Assembly: GCA_965249115.1 (NCBI GenBank)
Contig: CBDFLI010000002.1
Span: 2,106,636-2,170,635 of the forward strand
Source: Dehalococcoidia bacterium
GTDB lineage: Bacteria > Chloroflexota > Dehalococcoidia > Lucifugimonadales > QGNO01
Direction: 5' to 3'
DNA: 64,000 nt
The notes beneath the pieces were generated by a model, which was not told the DNA's origin, did no database searches, and worked only from the letters and a program-made list of their open reading frames with translations. How positions within the stretch are numbered: position 1 is the stretch's first letter; each line of letters begins with the position of its first letter. The translations under genes were made by a program, and so were the position numbers. Of the stretch, positions 59,213 through 64,000 are shown in pieces.

Positions 59213-59474
59213 CAGCAGCCGTCATCTCCCTTTACTTCCGCCCGTACGTCAAGGCATGGACAGGCGTCAGGTCGTGAATGAAAGCCACGTCGGTAAGCCC
59301 TGCTGGCCATTGCGGGTGGCGGGCTTTCTCAGGTGGCCGGGCTGCTCCACCTAGCTCCTCCACCAGGGCCTGAAAAGCCTCAGGCCATAAGTCCCTTGTC
59401 CTCAAGCATCAGTCTGATCTGACCTCCGTCAAACCCGGAGCGAGGTCCCAGAAGTTCCAATCTGGTTCTGTCAG

Positions 59475-60041
59475 TTACTCTTGGACGTTCAGGTGGGAAG
59501 AGAAATTGACTGCCCTCAGAGAGTGTCGAGTAGGGGAGAGTTCTTCCGACATCTTGGCAAGCTGCTCCAGTTGCTCTCTGGGAGCGCTGCTCTTGACGTA
59601 GTAAGTAGCTCGGATATCCTGAAAGCCAGCGGCTACAGCCCCGGGCTCCGGCAGGCCCAGCATACCCTGGAGATCAATGTCGCCCTCGACCTCTATCCTC
59701 AGCCCTTCGATAGAAATACCCATACTCGCTCCATAAGTCGCCCAGCCTGATGCCAGGCAGTGACCCAAGGCTGAGAGTAGCACCTCCACCGAGGATGGGC
59801 CTTTGTCGGTTCCCAGGAGCTCCTGGGGGTGGTCTCCTACGATTGTGAAGGCCTTTTTGCGGGACGTGTCGTTTATAGCCCCGCCCATGGAGAACGGCTT
59901 GACTACGGCTTCGTTATGGAAGCCGCTCCTCCATATAGTGGTCGCATAAAAAGCAGCCTTAGCGACCTGGGGTTCTGCCTTCACCATCTCCACCATGTCC
60001 TGAATCCCCTGGACATTCAATCCATTAACATCCGTTGCCAT
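59475..60041 (-). CDS. OsmC-like protein
   Basis: VNGLNV, IVGDHPQELLGTDKGPSSVEVLLSALGHCL, VEGDIDLQGMLG, GFQDIR, SPT; RBS GGAGG. Confidence 0.85.
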   Translation of the reverse strand: MATDVNGLNVQGIQDMVEMVKAEPQVAKAAFYATTIWRSGFHNEAVVKPFSMGGAINDTSRKKAFTIVGDHPQELLGTDKGPSSVEVLLSALGHCLASGWATYGASMGISIEGLRIEVEGDIDLQGMLGLPEPGAVAAGFQDIRATYYVKSSAPREQLEQLAKMSEELSPTRHSLRAVNFSSHLNVQE

Positions 60042-60096
60042 TGTGGCACCTCCGTCTAAGATTGTCGCCATTATCCAGGGGATAAAGGCCCTCATC

Positions 60097-60114
60097 ATCT
60101 GACGAACGTCGGAT
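60097..60114. promoter_or_regulatory. Candidate activator site upstream of the OsmC-like gene
   Basis: ATCTGACG-AA-CGTCGGAT (one mismatch), just upstream of the expected -35 for a GATAAT -10 at 60070-60075 (minus strand). Confidence 0.45.
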
Positions 60115-60251
60115 TTAAGTGGACAGAAATTCCCAGAAGCCGGCCCTTTCTGTGAAAACGACAGGCCTGTCGATGTAATACAGGGCTTTGCTGAGAAATT
60201 GGATAGGAAATAGCTCTAACGGGAGAGAGGCTTCTTGAACGAGACGCCTGC

Positions 60252-61862
60252 TTAGGGCAGCAAGTCGTGTTCCACAGCAAAGAGAGCGGCCGCAGCCCGA
60301 CTCGACACACCAATCTTGCTGTAGATATGTTCCAAATGGGACCGGACAGTTCCTTCAGCTATGAAGAGAGCCCCAGCCACTTGCCGCCTATTGAGGCCTT
60401 TAGCTATGAGACGGAGTACTTCAACTTCTCGATCAGTAAGCCGGGCAGGCCATTCTTGTTGGCGGGTCCTCTGCCTGGGAGAGCTATCTACTCCACTCAG
60501 GTCCTCCGTCAGAGCCTGGAAAGCGTCGGGAGAGAGCCTACTTCCTACTTCTTGGCGCATCACATTGACCGCCTGGTCTAAATCGAGACCTGGGTTCTCA
60601 GGCGCATCATGAGTAAGCTCATCGAAGCGGTCGGCCACAGCGATAATTCGTGCCCCTAGCGGTATCTCGGAGCCCTTGATCCCACGATAATAGCCACGGC
60701 CGTCCATCTCCTCGTGATGTGCTGCCACGAGGGGAATAAGCGGCTCCAGAGCAGGGACTTTGGACAAGACTCGCTCCGAGTGGTAGGGGTGGAGTCGCAC
60801 TTGCTCTCGCTCGGCTTCGGTCAGGGTGTCCTGGGACTTGTTCAGCAGGAAGGACGGTACGGCCACAACCCCAATATCATGCACTAACGCCGCTTGATAG
60901 ATGATGGTTACCTGGGATCCTGTCAGCCCCATCCTCTGAGCGATGCGCTCTGCTAGATTGGCTATTCGGCGCGAACGGCCAGCCCAGAAAGGCAATTTCA
61001 GGTCGGCATAGTCGGCCATAGCCAGCGCCACGTCAACCACTTTCCCTTCTCCCATATACCGATAGGGAGACCGCTCTGGCTCCATGAAAATCACGCTGTC
61101 CCACACCCTTTCCTCTTCCAGTCCTCTCCAAAAGCTGTCCTTTTGGGCCACAGTGAGGAAGGCATCCACTACCGATGGATCGAAGGCTTTGCCGCGCCGT
61201 GCCAGGGCCACGTGCTTCGCGGCTTCACGACCGTCCACTCGATGGAAGACCTCCATGAAGCTCGTCATCAGCACGATACGAGAGATGATAGAGATGGCGT
61301 CGCTCTTGATACCGTACGGCATCCCGTGGCCGTCCCATTGCTCAAAAACTTGCATCAGCGCGTCCTGGACTGTTTCGGGCATACCTAATCGCTGAGCAAT
61401 GCGTGAGGCTACCTGGCAGGTGCTCTCAAAGCCTTCTTTCATGAACTTCCGCCCCTTTATCAGGAAGTCCAGAATATGAGTAGCACGGGTTGGAAAGGAT
61501 GCTCCAGCCGCTACATACTTGAAAAGCCATGAGGCCATATCCAGAGGGTTGCGGGAATTGCGGAAGAACTGGAGATCCCGCTTGGCAGCGAGTTCGTCCA
61601 CAAGCCAAGAACTGGCTAACTGGCTGGTCCAGGTAGTGCAGCCGGCGTCCTTCAACAACTCGGCGTAGTACAGGTCGGTGCGTTGGTTTAGAGGAAGCTC
61701 CATCTCCTGAGCGATGTGCATGCCAATGTAGCAGGAGCGCGCGCCGTGCTCCATATCCAACCCCATTGCCAGGTCGCTTGCCAGGGAGAAGGCCCCTAAC
61801 AAGTCGACTGTTCGAATTAGGTTCTCTTCTGGCGCTGTCGGCGGAGGTTCTGACATCAGCAT
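60252..61862 (-). CDS. Tandem HD/HD-GYP-like domain + C-terminal LuxR HTH regulator
   Basis: LLKDAGC, LVHDIG, HPYHSE, HHEEMDGRGYYRG, RIIAVAD; LTDREVEVLRLIAKG...TVRSHLEHIYSKIG. Confidence 0.9.
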   Translation of the reverse strand: MLMSEPPPTAPEENLIRTVDLLGAFSLASDLAMGLDMEHGARSCYIGMHIAQEMELPLNQRTDLYYAELLKDAGCTTWTSQLASSWLVDELAAKRDLQFFRNSRNPLDMASWLFKYVAAGASFPTRATHILDFLIKGRKFMKEGFESTCQVASRIAQRLGMPETVQDALMQVFEQWDGHGMPYGIKSDAISIISRIVLMTSFMEVFHRVDGREAAKHVALARRGKAFDPSVVDAFLTVAQKDSFWRGLEEERVWDSVIFMEPERSPYRYMGEGKVVDVALAMADYADLKLPFWAGRSRRIANLAERIAQRMGLTGSQVTIIYQAALVHDIGVVAVPSFLLNKSQDTLTEAEREQVRLHPYHSERVLSKVPALEPLIPLVAAHHEEMDGRGYYRGIKGSEIPLGARIIAVADRFDELTHDAPENPGLDLDQAVNVMRQEVGSRLSPDAFQALTEDLSGVDSSPRQRTRQQEWPARLTDREVEVLRLIAKGLNRRQVAGALFIAEGTVRSHLEHIYSKIGVSSRAAAALFAVEHDLLP

Positions 61863-62160
61863 GATCCTTACCGGAAGTAGCTCGTGAACCTTTCATGGTG
61901 AGTATGATCACCACCCCTCATGAACGTAATTATGCGGGCATTGCAGACGTTTGTGAAGCGGGAGTTCAATCTCACGGATGCGCCTCTAAGGGTAGTTCCC
62001 AAATTCTTGCGGCCCGAATCTAGCGCCCGGGCTCAGGCAACTGTTGGCACAGCGCTGCCATATGCGTATTTGCGTGCATTATCCACGCCTGACCTATCGG
62101 AAAATAGAGCCACATTCGACTACGACCGTCCATACTTTGGGTCTGTTCAGATCACCGCTG

Positions 62161-62234
62161 GAGCAGGCGCTCCGAAGCGGCGGCCTACTACGTCAGGTCA
62201 CAGGCCGGGGACGAGTCCTAAGTCTTACGCTGAC
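62161..62234 (+). repeat. 75-bp direct repeat, copy 2
   Basis: Encodes SRRSEAAAYYVRSQAGDES*, versus SRRSEAAAYYVRSQVGDKS* in the intact gene. Confidence 0.9.
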
Positions 62235-62580
62235 AAGCGCCCGGCAGGCCCTTGTAACTATGACGCGCGCCTGGGCCTCTTCGATGAGCCAGTAGCCGAT
62301 CTCGCATGAATGGTTGGGGAAGTTCAAGTCATGGAGACCAATGCTGCCTACCAGGGAGTCCTGGTACATGATGAGGAGTGGATACTCGTGACCTTCCGAA
62401 CCAGGCTCAAGGCGGTTCTCCAACCAGCGCCGCTCGTCTTCCACTGTGCGCATGGCATACACCCAGGGTAGCCAGCGACCCAGGTGCTCCCGGTTGGAGT
62501 CAAGGAGCGCAAACCCCTTCGGCGTCAGACAGCGAAGGCCGTCTCAGGACTATCTCGTCGTCGATTCTGATGGTGGTCAC
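62235..62580 (-). pseudogene. RimJ/RimL-type GNAT acetyltransferase, frameshifted and 3'-truncated
   Basis: VTTIRIDDEIVLRRPSLSDAEG, one extra base near 62515, then FALLDSNREHLGRWLPWV...LVGSIGL...EIGYWL...TRACRALV, ending exactly at repeat copy 2. Confidence 0.8.
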
Positions 62581-62616
62581 TGTTGCAGTAACAGGATGTG
62601 TGTGAAGGTCCACACC

Positions 62617-62994
62617 CTAGGCCTTCTCCCAGTCGGAAGCCATTAGCAGGCCATCTACAGGTACCACGCGCTCGTTCAGGGAGTCAACCGCTAGGCCGAG
62701 TTCTTCCAGGGATACCGCGCCCAAGACTGGCTCAGATCCCTCTTGGCCGAAGATAACAAGGGTGATCTCGCTGCTGCCATTGACCCGAATCCAGGTTCTT
62801 CCGACATCCCGCTCCACTCGTCTGCCGTCAGCTAGAATAAAGGTACGCTGAGTGTGTGGAGATACCCCCAGGTCTCGCAGGACCGTGGCAGGGATCTGGC
62901 TATAGCTGGCTCCCGTGTCAACTAGCGCGTGTACTTCATGGTACCTGGAACCAGATGAATCGCCGATTTCTATATTGATACGAAATATTCCCAT
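62617..62994 (-). CDS. Clan AA retropepsin-like aspartic protease
   Basis: ALVDTGAS, LADGR, PVLGAVSLEELGLAVD; starts 4 nt after the ispG stop. Confidence 0.85.
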   Translation of the reverse strand: MGIFRINIEIGDSSGSRYHEVHALVDTGASYSQIPATVLRDLGVSPHTQRTFILADGRRVERDVGRTWIRVNGSSEITLVIFGQEGSEPVLGAVSLEELGLAVDSLNERVVPVDGLLMASDWEKA

Positions 62995-62998
62995 GCCC

Positions 62999-64000
62999 CT
63001 AAACCTTCGCCACTTCCTCCATGAGGGCTGTGAGCATCTCGGCTTCGGGCACCACGCGTACTTTCTGGCCCTTGCGGAATATGACCGCACGGCCCGCGCC
63101 GGCGGCTATGCCCACGTCGGCGTCCTTGGCCTCGCCCGGCCCGTTGACCTCGCACCCCATGACCGCAACCTTGATGTTCTTGTCCACGTTCTTGATAAGT
63201 GCGTCCACCGCGTTGGAGAGCTTTATCACGTCCACGTCCGCCCTCCCGCACGACGGACACGCCACCAGGGTGGTCCCCTTCTGGCGCAGGTTCAGCGACT
63301 TCAGGATGTCGTACCCGGCGGCCACCTCTTCCCGGGAGTCGTCGCTCAACGACACCCTGATGGTGTCGCCGACGCCATCGTACAGCAGGACTCCCAGGCC
63401 AATGGCGCTGCGTATGCTGCCCGACTTGGCCGTCCCCGACTCTGTGATGCCCAGGTGCAGGGGATAGGGCACCAACTCCGCCAGCCTCCGGTACGCCTCC
63501 ACAGTCGTCGGAACGTCAAAGGCCTTCATGGAGATCTTGATCAGGTCAAAGTCCAGGTCCTCTAGTATCCCTATCTCCCATAGCGCCGTGTCCAGCATAT
63601 GGTCGACTATGGAGTACTCACCCTCGGCCTCGTCACCCGCCTTGGGCAGCAGGTTCACGCCGTCGGCAAGGCGACGCATGGCCCGCGTCCTGCCTATGCT
63701 CCCCACGGGTGGAAGGCTGCCGAAGTTCACGCCTATGCGGATGGGAATCTGACGCTCTTTGGCCGTCTGTACAACCTGCTTCACACGTTCAGGGTCGCGG
63801 ATGTTGCCCGGATTCAGGCGCAGGCAGTCCACGCCGCCCGCTATGGCCTCCAGGGCTAGCTGGTAGTGGAAGTGGATATCCGCCACCAGGGGAATGGATA
63901 TCCGTTTCTTAATCTCCGGCAGCGCCTTTGCGGCTTCCATGTCCGGCACGGCGCACCTTATAATCTCGCACCCCACCTCCTCCAGTCCCTTTATCTGGAC
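62999..64000 (-). CDS. ispG: HMBPP synthase IspG (5' end outside window)
   Basis: PLVADIHF, RLNPGNI, IRIGVNFGSL, YPLHLGITESG, GVGDTIRVSL, CPSCGR, VAVMGCEVNGPGE. Confidence 0.98.
   Translation of the reverse strand, partial: VQIKGLEEVGCEIIRCAVPDMEAAKALPEIKKRISIPLVADIHFHYQLALEAIAGGVDCLRLNPGNIRDPERVKQVVQTAKERQIPIRIGVNFGSLPPVGSIGRTRAMRRLADGVNLLPKAGDEAEGEYSIVDHMLDTALWEIGILEDLDFDLIKISMKAFDVPTTVEAYRRLAELVPYPLHLGITESGTAKSGSIRSAIGLGVLLYDGVGDTIRVSLSDDSREEVAAGYDILKSLNLRQKGTTLVACPSCGRADVDVIKLSNAVDALIKNVDKNIKVAVMGCEVNGPGEAKDADVGIAAGAGRAVIFRKGQKVRVVPEAEMLTALMEEVAKV

Larger units (their letters stand above)
59213..62160. mobile_element. Putative integrase-less island bounded by 75-bp direct repeats
   Basis: Flanking duplication of a gene 3' end; cargo on the opposite strand; no recombinase seen. 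Confidence 0.55.

Noticed and set aside
59230-59330. Possible methyltransferase C-terminal relic (AGLTDVAFIHDLTPVHALTYGRK*) on the minus strand
   Set aside because: Too short to assign confidently.
61920-62309. 129-aa plus-strand ORF crossing repeat copy 2
   Set aside because: It reads the LuxR-derived repeat out of frame and has no recognisable domain; probably junction noise.

Overview
A 64-kb bacterial chromosomal segment with GC-rich coding regions. It is probably Chloroflexota/Dehalococcoidia (SAR202-like). This is an inference from the short IF2, nusA without rimP, the GroEL tail ending PPMDY, and multiple amidohydrolase, SDR and hot-dog paralogues. Housekeeping anchors: groES-groEL; rpsP-khpA-rimM; comM; and the minus-strand backbone ispG...proS...nusA-ylxR-infB-rbfA-truB. 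Between the anchors are (i) a fabG-fabF-methyltransferase operon with no acpP; (ii) a field of gene fragments at 14.8-18.6 kb containing two exported-protein genes and a Cys-rich frame directly after a TGA; (iii) a catabolic block with two dihydropyrimidinase-like enzymes, an M19 dipeptidase, MFS, tandem hot-dog protein, PIG-L deacetylase and PanE-like reductase; and (iv) two-component and LuxR modules. The most striking pattern is four separate duplications of short coding fragments (GrpB 3' end, hydantoinase 3' end, a comM-like CPCG motif, a LuxR gene 3' end). Three of them bracket small cargo with no integrase in the window. No rRNA, tRNA, CRISPR array, transposase or integrase was recognised. 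All family calls come from motif recognition by eye; no database was searched.
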